DNA from: Atribacterota bacterium
GTDB taxonomy: Bacteria; Atribacterota; Phoenicimicrobiia; Phoenicimicrobiales; Phoenicimicrobiaceae
Assembly: GCA_041490145.1 (NCBI GenBank)
Contig: JBGPSO010000001.1
Location: 1 to 29,692 of the forward strand
DNA: 29,692 nucleotides
Reading direction: 5' to 3'
A program made the position numbers and the translations under genes. Of the stretch, positions 17,161-25,442 are shown one piece after another. Position 1 is the first letter of the stretch; every line of letters starts with the position of its first letter. The notes under the pieces were generated by a model, which was not told where the DNA came from, did not search any database, and saw nothing but the letters and a program-made list of their open reading frames with translations.

Positions 17161-18399
17161 ATGGAAAGAGATGAAATGGTAGTTGGTTTAGATATAGGTA
17201 CTGGAAAAGTATGTACGGTTATAGGTGAATTAGGTGAAGATAACCAAATAGAAATTATTGGCATAGGCACCTCCCCCTCATTAGGAGTAAAAAAGGGAGT
17301 AATTATAGATTTAGATCAAGCTATTCAATCTGTAAAACAATCTATCGAAAGTTCTGAACGTATGGCCGGAACTCGAATTGATTCTGTTTTTGTTTCTATT
17401 GCGGGAAGTCATATAACATCTGTAAATAGTAAAGGGGTTATTGCCATTTCTGAAGCATCTCCAGAAATTACTGAAAGGGATATTGAAAAGGTTATAGAAG
17501 CTGCTAAAGCGGGAATAGTTTCTCCGGAAAAAGAATTAATTCACATTTTAAGTCGCGAATTTGTGGTAGATGGCCAAAGTGGAATAGTGGATCCACTAGG
17601 AATGTCTGGTACACGATTAGAGTGTAAAGTCCATATTATAACTGGTTCGAGTACAGCGGTACAAAATTTGATTAAATGTGTAGAAGGAGCAGGAGTAAAT
17701 ATTGAGGAAATTATTTTTGGAACTTTAGCTTCTAGTAATGCGGTTTTAAGCAGTACTGAGAAAGAGTTGGGAGTTTTATTAATTGATATTGGTGCTGGAA
17801 CTACTGAAATAGCGATTTTTGTTAAAGGTGGATTAGCTTATTCTGCAGTTTTGCCAGTAGGGGGTATTCAGATTACTAATGATTTAGCTATCGGTTTAAG
17901 AACTTCTGTAGAAGAAGCTGAGAAGATAAAAATTAATTATGGAACTGCTATTGAAAATAGTATTTCTCCTGAAAAATTAGTAGAAATTTCCAGTATTAAT
18001 GAAAAAGATAAACAAAATATATCTAAAAAATACCTGGTAGAAATTATTGAACCTCGAGTCAGTGAGATATTTAGTTTAGTAGGGGCTGAAGTTAGAAAAT
18101 CTGGGTATTATGATATGATTCCCGGAGGAGTAGTTATAACTGGAGGTAGTTCTTTACTGCCTGGTATTTCAGAAGTTGCTGAAAAGGTCCTAAATTTACC
18201 TTCTCGATTAGGAAGGCCCCATTACCAAGGGGAGTTAGCAGATATGATAAATGACCCCTCCTATTCTGCAGCAGTTGGATTATTAAGTTATGCTACTGAG
18301 AGATATTCTATCGGGAGGTCTTTTAAATTATCTAGAAAAAAAACAGGATTAAAAAATATTTTTGGAAAAATTTATAGTTGGTTGAGAGATTTTTTTTAG
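17161..18399 (+). CDS. ftsA: Cell division protein FtsA
   Basis: VGLDIGTGK, GVKKGVI, LIDIGAGTT, GVVITGGSS. Start set at ATG 17161, after GGAGG at 17148-17152. Confidence 0.96.
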   Translation: MERDEMVVGLDIGTGKVCTVIGELGEDNQIEIIGIGTSPSLGVKKGVIIDLDQAIQSVKQSIESSERMAGTRIDSVFVSIAGSHITSVNSKGVIAISEASPEITERDIEKVIEAAKAGIVSPEKELIHILSREFVVDGQSGIVDPLGMSGTRLECKVHIITGSSTAVQNLIKCVEGAGVNIEEIIFGTLASSNAVLSSTEKELGVLLIDIGAGTTEIAIFVKGGLAYSAVLPVGGIQITNDLAIGLRTSVEEAEKIKINYGTAIENSISPEKLVEISSINEKDKQNISKKYLVEIIEPRVSEIFSLVGAEVRKSGYYDMIPGGVVITGGSSLLPGISEVAEKVLNLPSRLGRPHYQGELADMINDPSYSAAVGLLSYATERYSIGRSFKLSRKKTGLKNIFGKIYSWLRDFF

Positions 18400-18457
18400 T
18401 TGTTTTCATTATTTTAAGATAAGTTATTATTTTGTTATTTTGTAAGGAGGTTATAAA

Positions 18458-19516
18458 TTGTCTAACCTTAATAATAAAGTAGGACAGTTTGTGGAGATAA
18501 AAGTTATTGGTGTGGGTGGCGGCGGTGGTAATGCGGTTAATAGAATGATTGAAGCGAAATTACAGGGAGTTGAATATATTTCCGCTAATACTGATGCCCA
18601 AGTATTGGCCTTTTCTAATGCAGAACAGAAAATACAAATTGGTAGTAGTATAACTAAGGGATTAGGTAGTGGAGGAAACCCAGAAATTGGTCGTCAAGCT
18701 GCAGAAGAAGATAAAGATAAAATTTTAAACGCCTTAGAAGGAGCAGAAATGGTATTTATCACCGCAGGTATGGGAGGTGGAACTGGAACTGGTGGAGCCC
18801 CAATTATCGCTAAATTATCTAAAACTTTAGGTGCATTAACCGTTGGAGTAGTGACTAAACCTTTTTCTTTTGAAGGCCACATAAGAATGAAACAGGCTGA
18901 AGAAGGGATCAAATTATTAAAAGAATGTGTGGATACTTTAATTGTAATTCCTAATGATAGGTTACTTCAAGTAGTTGATAAAAATACTTCTATCTTAGAG
19001 GCTTTTAAAATTGCCGATGAAGTTCTATTACAAGGGATTCAGGGAATTACAGATATTGTAGTTGAGCCCGGTTTAATAAATGTAGACTTTGCTGATGTAA
19101 AAATGATTATAGCCAATGCTGGTACAGCTATAATGGGAATGGGAAGAGCTAGTGGTGAAAACCGAGCTATAAAAGCAGCAGAGAGAGCTATAAATAGTCC
19201 AATTTTGGAGACAAATATCCAAGGAGCTAAAGGGATATTATTTAACATTAGTGGAAGTTCAAATTTAACTTTATATGAAGTTAATGAAGCTGCTGAAATA
19301 ATTTCTAAAGCGGCTAATCCTGAAGCAAATATAATTTTTGGAGCAGTAATTAATAAAGAATTGAATGATGAAGTGAAGATTACGGTAATTGCTGCCGGAT
19401 TCGATGCCTTAGAGAAAAGAAAAGAAGAATATAAATTTGAAGAGATTGATTTTAATAAAGAGAAGATAAGTTATAACGATTTAGAGATCCCTACCTTTTT
19501 AAGAGAGAAAAAGTAA
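18458..19516 (+). CDS. ftsZ: Cell division protein FtsZ
   Basis: [17 protein letters not shown] tubulin signature, NVDFADV, C-terminal LEIPTFLR tail. TTG start after GGAGG. Confidence 0.98.
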   Translation: MSNLNNKVGQFVEIKVIGVGGGGGNAVNRMIEAKLQGVEYISANTDAQVLAFSNAEQKIQIGSSITKGLGSGGNPEIGRQAAEEDKDKILNALEGAEMVFITAGMGGGTGTGGAPIIAKLSKTLGALTVGVVTKPFSFEGHIRMKQAEEGIKLLKECVDTLIVIPNDRLLQVVDKNTSILEAFKIADEVLLQGIQGITDIVVEPGLINVDFADVKMIIANAGTAIMGMGRASGENRAIKAAERAINSPILETNIQGAKGILFNISGSSNLTLYEVNEAAEIISKAANPEANIIFGAVINKELNDEVKITVIAAGFDALEKRKEEYKFEEIDFNKEKISYNDLEIPTFLREKK

Positions 19517-19518
19517 AA

Positions 19519-19773
19519 AATAGCGTATAGCAGGTAGCGCTAAGCGTATGATAAGAAAACGAAAAACGACCTGTCTGCGTGCCTGCCTGAGCGAGTACGC
19601 TCGCAGTCAGGCAACGCACAGGCAGAAAAGCTAAAAACCATAATTCAAAATTCAAAATTTTTCTCTTTGTTTTAAGTTTTAAGTTATGGCTTTGCGCTTT
19701 ATACTTTTCATTTTTCACTAATACAATATACGCTATCCGCTAATAATATTCTGTCTTCTGACTTCTGTCTTCT
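19519..19773. repeat. Nested palindromic element E (TAGCG outer pair, A-rich/T-rich inner hairpin, TCTTCTG arm)
   Basis: TAGCGTA arms at 19519-19550 and 19721-19745. Inner arms at 19556-19657 (interrupted) and 19670-19715. TCTTCTG heptamers at 19747-19773 have no local partner. Confidence 0.78.
19570..19625. repeat. GC-rich REP-like hairpin inserted in element E
   Basis: CCTGT/ACAGG, TGCGT/ACGCA, TGCCTGA/TCAGGCA and GCGAG-TACG-CTCGC stems; strikingly GC-rich for this window. Confidence 0.7.
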
Positions 19774-19853
19774 ATTTAAAGGCTACCAGATAAATCCCTT
19801 ATTTAGGCATTGAAATTTTTATTTATATTTTTAAAATATATAGCGATTTCTTC

Positions 19854-19883
19854 TTGACATCACCATATTTAGTGTATTATTAT
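19854..19883 (+). promoter_or_regulatory. Sigma70-type promoter of nrdR-nrdD
   Basis: Consensus TTGACA (19854-19859) with TATTAT at 19878-19883 (18-nt spacer). Confidence 0.7.
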
Positions 19884-19906
19884 AAATATAAACCTACATT
19901 TAGGGG
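19860..19906 (+). promoter_or_regulatory. Tandem NrdR boxes
   Basis: TCACCATATTTAGTGT (19860-19875) and AACCTACATTTAGGGG (19891-19906) compared with consensus acaCwAtATaTwGtgt. Starts are 31 bp apart, the usual tandem spacing. Confidence 0.75.
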
Positions 19907-19913
19907 TATAATA

Positions 19914-20363
19914 ATGAAATGTCCTTTTTGTAGTTATTATGATACCGGAGTAATTGAATCCAGACATATAGAAAACGAACTAGTAATTAGAAGAAGAAGA
20001 ATTTGTAAGAAATGCAAAAAAAGGTTCACCACTTACGAGAGAATAGATTTAATTCCCTTAATGGTAATAAAAAAAGATGATCGCAGAGAAACTTTTTCTC
20101 GAGAAAAAATAGCCAATGGTATTATTAAAGCCTGCGAAAAAAGACCAATAAGTATGGAGACTATAAGTAATTTAGTAAGTGATATAGAAGATACCATAAA
20201 GAATGAAGGAGTAAACGAGGTTAAAAGTAGCGTAATTGGAGAATTAATTATATCAAAATTGCGTATCCTGGACGAAGTAGCTTATGTAAGATTTGCCTCC
20301 GTATATAGACAATTTAAAGATGTAAGTAGTTTTGTAAAAGAGATTAAAAAACTTAGCCAATAA
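19914..20363 (+). CDS. nrdR: Ribonucleotide reductase repressor NrdR
   Basis: MKCPFC, SR, IRRRRICKKC, RFTTYE, ATP-cone, DEVAYVRFASVYRQF. True start is ATG 19914, not 19854. Confidence 0.97.
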   Translation: MKCPFCSYYDTGVIESRHIENELVIRRRRICKKCKKRFTTYERIDLIPLMVIKKDDRRETFSREKIANGIIKACEKRPISMETISNLVSDIEDTIKNEGVNEVKSSVIGELIISKLRILDEVAYVRFASVYRQFKDVSSFVKEIKKLSQ

Positions 20364-20408
20364 AAGACTGATTTAATTTTGTAATTATATTTTACTAGAG
20401 GATTTAAA

Positions 20409-23400
20409 ATGACGAATACCGTTAGAAAAAGAGAAGGTCAGTTAGTAGAATTTGATCGGAAAAAGATAGTTGAAGCTATTTTTGCTGCTATGCAAGTAAT
20501 GGGAGAAGAGAATAAATTCAGATCAGAAAAAATAACTGATCAAGTAATTAAAAAACTAGAAGAAAGATTTAAGGATAAGATTCCTCAGGTGGAAGAAGTT
20601 CAAGATATAGTAGAAGAAACATTGATTAAGGAAGGAATGGTAAAAGTCGCCAAAGCTTATATATTGTATCGAGATAAGAGAAGTAGAATTCGAGAAAGTT
20701 TAAAAGTTAGAAAAAAAATAAAAAATCATAAGAGTATGACCGATCTTTCCTTGTTGGTTTCTACTCCAGCTTCTGAGAATATCTTTCCCTGGGATAGAAA
20801 AAAAATTGTCCATGCTTTAGTTAAAGAAGCAGAACTGCCTTTGAATATTTCTAGGAAGATAGCTAAAGCAGTGGAAGAAAAGATATTCGATTTAGGATTA
20901 ATTGAGATAACTACTTCTTTAATTAGAGAATTGGTTGATAATGAATTATTTGCGAGAGGATACGAGCATAAGTGGAGAAAGCAAAAGATTATCGGAATAC
21001 CTACTTTTGATTTGAAACAATTATTCTTATCTAAGAGTAAAGAGAATAGTAATATTGGAACCAACAATCCAGAGGCGATAAACTTGACTATTGCTGAAAA
21101 TACTATTAAACAATATATGCTACAAGAAATTTTTTCCAAAGAAGTAGCTAATGCCCATTTAAAAGGTTGGATTCACATTCATGATTTAGGCTACCCTCGA
21201 ATTTATTGTTCAGGTCATTCCCTCGAATATTTAAAAAAATATGGTTTGAAATTAGAAAATTTAGATACTTCTTCTGCACCAGCTAAGCATACTAGAACTT
21301 TAACCGGTCATTTAAACACCTTTTTGGCTTCTATGCAAGCCTATTATGCTGGTGCTTTAGGTATTGGTTATTTAAACATCATTTACGCTCCTTTCTTAGT
21401 GAATTTACCTTTTAAAGAAATAAAGCAAGAAGCCCAATACTTAATATTTAGCGGTTCACAAAATGCTTTTTCAAGGGGTGGGCAATCGCTTAGAGGGAAA
21501 GAAAAAATATATGTTTACGATACTCAAGAAAAAGAATTAAAATCAATTCCCATTGAACGATTTTATCATAATTTCAATAAAGATAAAGATAGAGACAGGT
21601 ACTTTACAATAAGTATAGATCGGCTAACAGGAAAACCAGTATTAGGGAAAATATATCAAGCAATTAGACACCAAAGAAAAAATAAACTTGTAGAAATAAA
21701 AACAGGTTTAGGAGGAAAAATATGTGTTACCGATGACCATTCTTTATTTACGCTTAATAAAAATGGAGAAATTATTGAAATAAAGCCAAGCCAGAATCCA
21801 GAAAATATTTTATCTTTATCCTCCTTTCCAATTTATGATAATAAAAAAAATGTTGATGTTACCGATTATCTGTCAGAAGATTTATATGTAAAAATAAACG
21901 ATGAATATATCGATTTAAGATGTAATTCTCATTATCATAACAAATTAAAAATACATATTCCCCTAACTAAAGAGTTTGCTACTTTATTAGGATATTATGT
22001 AGCCGAAGGTAATTGTACCCCAACTTCTGTATTTATTTCTTGCCGGGATGACAAGGAAAAAGAAAATATTGCTCATTTAGTAAAAACAATTTTTGTAGAT
22101 GAAACCACAGTTACTATTTTACAGAAAGGGGTAAGATTTTCTGGTAGTTTATATAGTTCTTTGTTTAAGAAATTGTGCGGGAATGGAGCAATTAATAAAA
22201 AAATTCCTGATTTTATTCTTTTTGGAAAGGATGAAATTATAAAAGCGTTTCTTGCCGGATATCTTTCCGGTGATGGATATATAGAAAATAAAAATAAAAT
22301 TGGATGTAGTACAATTTCAGAAACATTAAAATCTCATCTCTGGTTAGTTTTTACTAAGATTGGATGCTTACCAACAATAAAGGATAAAGACCGGAGCAAA
22401 GAAAAAATTATTATTAAGGGTAATGAAGTAAAGAAAACCCATTTACAATATGTACTTACGATTGGGATAAACTCTTTTGATAAAGTTTATTTTTCTTTAG
22501 AAAGAAAAGAAGAAGAAAGAAAAAAATGTTTAGAAAGGTTTAAAAATAAACCTTCTTATAAACAATATGACCAGCGTAGATACGATTATAACCAATTGAA
22601 ACCTCTGATTAAAAAAATCTTTGGAGCTAAAATTTCTTTAAAATCTTATCCTCTTTCTGTGCAATGGATTGATAAAATAAAAAGAAGGGTAAATAATAGT
22701 CTAATCGGTTTGCCAAATCCTTCTGTGGAGGAAGTTGGTAAAGAAGAAATTCCTTTATTATTTAAAAAACTTTTTATTTTTGATAATGTTCAACCCCATA
22801 GTGATTTGAACTCTTCATCAATGTATTTTGATATGAGAAACATTAACTCTTTTCCTCAGCAAATTTTAGCAAAAAATATTATTAAGAAACAGATAAAAAG
22901 GCTTAAAAATCTAAAAAGTATATTATATAAAGCAAGTGATTTATTACCTGTAGAAGTAATTAATCAGAAAGAAATAAAAGAGCAAGATAGATATGTATAT
23001 GATATTTCTGTAGAAAAATACGAAAACTTTCTAACTACCGATGGTCTCCTTGCTCATAATAGCCTTTTTCTTGATTTTAATGTTCATCTAGGTATCCCTG
23101 AGTACCTTAAAAATGTGCCTGCAATTGGACCTGGAGGAGAATATACCGGGAAAAATTACGGAGAATACGAAATAGAATCTCAATTATTTTTAAAAGCTCT
23201 AATGGAAGTTTGGGAAGAAGGAGATTGTAATAAAAAAGTCTTTGCTTTTCCTAAAATGGATTTACATATTAATAATAGATCTTTCGAAGATCCTGAACAG
23301 AAAAAATTATTAGAATATGCGTGTGAAGTAGCCTCTGAAAATGGTTCGCCCTATTTTATTTTTGATCGAGATGATATAAGTTTAGCCTCCTGTTGCCGAT

Positions 23401-24410
23401 TAAGGACGAGAATAACTGATCAAGAAATGATAACCCATCCAGAAAAATTAAGGTTTGCCGGAATACAAAATGTTACCATCAATCTGCCCCAATGTTCCTA
23501 TAGAGCTTTTTCCAATAGGGGAATTTCCGACTCCTCTTTTAATTATAGTAAGATGGAAAATATAGAATTATTTTTTGAAAAAATTGATCAAGCCCTACAC
23601 TTAGCCATTCAAGCACATTTACAGAAGAAAAAATTTTTAAAAATGATGATGGTAAATTCAGATGGAGCCTTGTGGGAAATAGGTAAAATAGCGGAAGATG
23701 GTAAGCCTTATGTAGATTTAGATCAAGGTACCTATTTAATAGGATTAATAGGTTTAAATGAAGCAGTTCAATATATTTCTGGAGATCAGTTACACGAAAG
23801 TGAAAAGGCTTATAAATTAGGATTAAAAATTGTATCTTTTATGAGTTTAAAATGTGAAGAATATAGCGAAAAGTTTAATTTAAAATTATCCTTAGAAGAA
23901 TCCCCGGCGGAAAGTGCAGCGGGAAGATTGGCTAAAATCGATCTACAAGAATTTCCGGATAGTAAAAAAGTTATAAAGGGAAATCCTGAAAGAGATGAAA
24001 TTTATTACACTAATAGTATCCATTTTGCAGCTTCAGCACCTCTAGATTTAATTACTCGAATAGTCAAACAAAGTAAGTTTCACCCTTTAATAAAGAGTGG
24101 GGCAATAATTCATGCCTTTGTAGGAGAAAATCGACCTTCACCTGAGAGTATCTATAATTTAATAAAAAAAGTTTGGGAGAATACTCAGTGTTCTCAACTT
24201 ACTATTTCACCTGAATTTACTATATGTAATTTATGTAATAAAGTAAGTAGAGGACTGACAGAAAATTGTAATGATTGTGGAAGTAAAGATGTATACGGAG
24301 TAACCAGGATAGTAGGGTATTATAGTAAGATAACTAATTGGAATAAAAATAAAATCGGAGAGTTAAAAGATCGACATTCCGGAAACTATAAAGTCAAAAG
24401 TCAGGTTTAG
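20409..24410 (+). CDS. nrdD: Class III (anaerobic) ribonucleoside-triphosphate reductase, two N-terminal ATP cones, intein-containing precursor (about 808 aa after splicing)
   Basis: ATP cone (VRKREGQLVEFDRKKI...), HIHDL, IYCSGHS, finger-loop SCCRL, TPAE-like SPAES, YYTNS, Zn site CNLC...CNDC, glycyl-radical loop RIVGY. Confidence 0.95.
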   Translation: MTNTVRKREGQLVEFDRKKIVEAIFAAMQVMGEENKFRSEKITDQVIKKLEERFKDKIPQVEEVQDIVEETLIKEGMVKVAKAYILYRDKRSRIRESLKVRKKIKNHKSMTDLSLLVSTPASENIFPWDRKKIVHALVKEAELPLNISRKIAKAVEEKIFDLGLIEITTSLIRELVDNELFARGYEHKWRKQKIIGIPTFDLKQLFLSKSKENSNIGTNNPEAINLTIAENTIKQYMLQEIFSKEVANAHLKGWIHIHDLGYPRIYCSGHSLEYLKKYGLKLENLDTSSAPAKHTRTLTGHLNTFLASMQAYYAGALGIGYLNIIYAPFLVNLPFKEIKQEAQYLIFSGSQNAFSRGGQSLRGKEKIYVYDTQEKELKSIPIERFYHNFNKDKDRDRYFTISIDRLTGKPVLGKIYQAIRHQRKNKLVEIKTGLGGKICVTDDHSLFTLNKNGEIIEIKPSQNPENILSLSSFPIYDNKKNVDVTDYLSEDLYVKINDEYIDLRCNSHYHNKLKIHIPLTKEFATLLGYYVAEGNCTPTSVFISCRDDKEKENIAHLVKTIFVDETTVTILQKGVRFSGSLYSSLFKKLCGNGAINKKIPDFILFGKDEIIKAFLAGYLSGDGYIENKNKIGCSTISETLKSHLWLVFTKIGCLPTIKDKDRSKEKIIIKGNEVKKTHLQYVLTIGINSFDKVYFSLERKEEERKKCLERFKNKPSYKQYDQRRYDYNQLKPLIKKIFGAKISLKSYPLSVQWIDKIKRRVNNSLIGLPNPSVEEVGKEEIPLLFKKLFIFDNVQPHSDLNSSSMYFDMRNINSFPQQILAKNIIKKQIKRLKNLKSILYKASDLLPVEVINQKEIKEQDRYVYDISVEKYENFLTTDGLLAHNSLFLDFNVHLGIPEYLKNVPAIGPGGEYTGKNYGEYEIESQLFLKALMEVWEEGDCNKKVFAFPKMDLHINNRSFEDPEQKKLLEYACEVASENGSPYFIFDRDDISLASCCRLRTRITDQEMITHPEKLRFAGIQNVTINLPQCSYRAFSNRGISDSSFNYSKMENIELFFEKIDQALHLAIQAHLQKKKFLKMMMVNSDGALWEIGKIAEDGKPYVDLDQGTYLIGLIGLNEAVQYISGDQLHESEKAYKLGLKIVSFMSLKCEEYSEKFNLKLSLEESPAESAAGRLAKIDLQEFPDSKKVIKGNPERDEIYYTNSIHFAASAPLDLITRIVKQSKFHPLIKSGAIIHAFVGENRPSPESIYNLIKKVWENTQCSQLTISPEFTICNLCNKVSRGLTENCNDCGSKDVYGVTRIVGYYSKITNWNKNKIGELKDRHSGNYKVKSQV
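21486..23060 (+). mobile_element. Intein with LAGLIDADG homing endonuclease in NrdD (aa 360-884, 525 aa)
   Basis: Junctions RGGQ|SLRGKE and GLLAHN|SLF. Block B TDDHSLF, block C LLGYYVAEGN, block E FLAGYLSGDG, block F YVYDISVE, terminal His-Asn, +1 Ser. Confidence 0.93.
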
Positions 24411-24427
24411 AAAAGAGTAAAAGTATA

Positions 24428-24682
24428 ATGAAAATAAAAATATTCTGGCAAAAAAATTGCCCTAATTGTCCAAAAGCTAATCATATTGGAAAACAATTGG
24501 AAAAAGAGATGACCGTGCAGTATTTTGATGTAAGCACGGTTGATGGTTTGGCGGAAGCAAGTTATTATAATATTGTGTCTACGCCTTCTATGGCAATTGT
24601 GGATAATGATGAGAATGAGATCAAAATATGGAGAGGCAAGACCCCTAATTTAGAGGAGATTAGAGAGGAAGCTGCAATTTGA
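24428..24682 (+). CDS. Small thioredoxin/glutaredoxin-like (NrdH-like) redoxin
   Basis: 84 aa, CPNC active site, 'IVSTPS' cis-Pro motif; located between nrdD and nrdG. Confidence 0.85.
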   Translation: MKIKIFWQKNCPNCPKANHIGKQLEKEMTVQYFDVSTVDGLAEASYYNIVSTPSMAIVDNDENEIKIWRGKTPNLEEIREEAAI

Positions 24683-25389
24683 AGATTACTATAAAGAAGA
24701 TGATCGAAACCTCCTTAATTGATTGGGAGGGGAAAATTGTTTCTACTTTATATCTCCCCAGATGCAATTTTCGGTGTCCTTTTTGTTATAATTGTGATTT
24801 AATTTTATATCCAGACCATTTTAAAAATATACCTTTTGAAGAAATAAATAAATTTCTCTTAGAGAGGAAAGAATTTATCGATGGTATATGTATGAGCGGA
24901 GGAGAACCTACCCTATATGCTGATTTACCTTCGTATTTTAAAGAAATCAAGAATAAAGGTTTTCTAATTAAACTGGATACTAACGGTACTAATCCAAAAT
25001 TATTAGAAGATCTTTTAAAGTTTAGATTAATAGATTATATTGCCATGGATATTAAATCATCATTAGACTTTGATTGCTATTCTAAGGCAGCTGGTATTAA
25101 AGACAAAATATTATTAGAGAGAGTAAAGGATAGTATTACATTAATTATGAACTCTGAAACAGATTATGAATTTCGAACTACTGTAGTACCTGTATTACAT
25201 ACAGAAGAAAACATAATAGAAATTGCTAAATATATTTCAGGAGCAAAAAAATATGTTTTACAGAATTTCTCTCCTTTAGAGATGACCCTTAACCCTTCTT
25301 TCCAAAAAATAAAGCCTTATTCGGTTGAAAAGATACAAGAATTTGTGGAAAAAGTTAAAAAATACATTCCCAATTGTTATTATAGATAA
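24679..25389 (+). CDS. nrdG: Class III RNR activating enzyme (radical SAM)
   Basis: SLIDWEGK, RCNFRCPFCYN, SGGEPTL, KLDTNG, EFRTTVVP. TTG start overlaps the upstream TGA. Confidence 0.92.
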   Translation: MKITIKKMIETSLIDWEGKIVSTLYLPRCNFRCPFCYNCDLILYPDHFKNIPFEEINKFLLERKEFIDGICMSGGEPTLYADLPSYFKEIKNKGFLIKLDTNGTNPKLLEDLLKFRLIDYIAMDIKSSLDFDCYSKAAGIKDKILLERVKDSITLIMNSETDYEFRTTVVPVLHTEENIIEIAKYISGAKKYVLQNFSPLEMTLNPSFQKIKPYSVEKIQEFVEKVKKYIPNCYYR

Positions 25390-25442
25390 GTTGGTCATTT
25401 CCTCCCTCATATTAAAAAATATTATTAAAAAGAAGAGATAAT

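Noticed and set aside
19491-19718. 75-aa minus-strand ORF (MKNEKYKAQSHNLKLK...)
   Set aside because: It is the translation of the heptamer arms and REP-like hairpin of element E; too short and unlike a four-helix-bundle cargo gene.
6862-19773. Intergenic repeats as CRISPR arrays or IS ends
   Set aside because: No constant 25-45 nt repeat with unique spacers, no cas or transposase gene, and no target-site duplication that I could define; units are degenerate 4-8-mers.
19854-19913. 20-aa N-terminal extension of NrdR
   Set aside because: The 'TTG' is the -35 box TTGACA; the region is promoter and NrdR boxes, and NrdR begins at MKCPFC.
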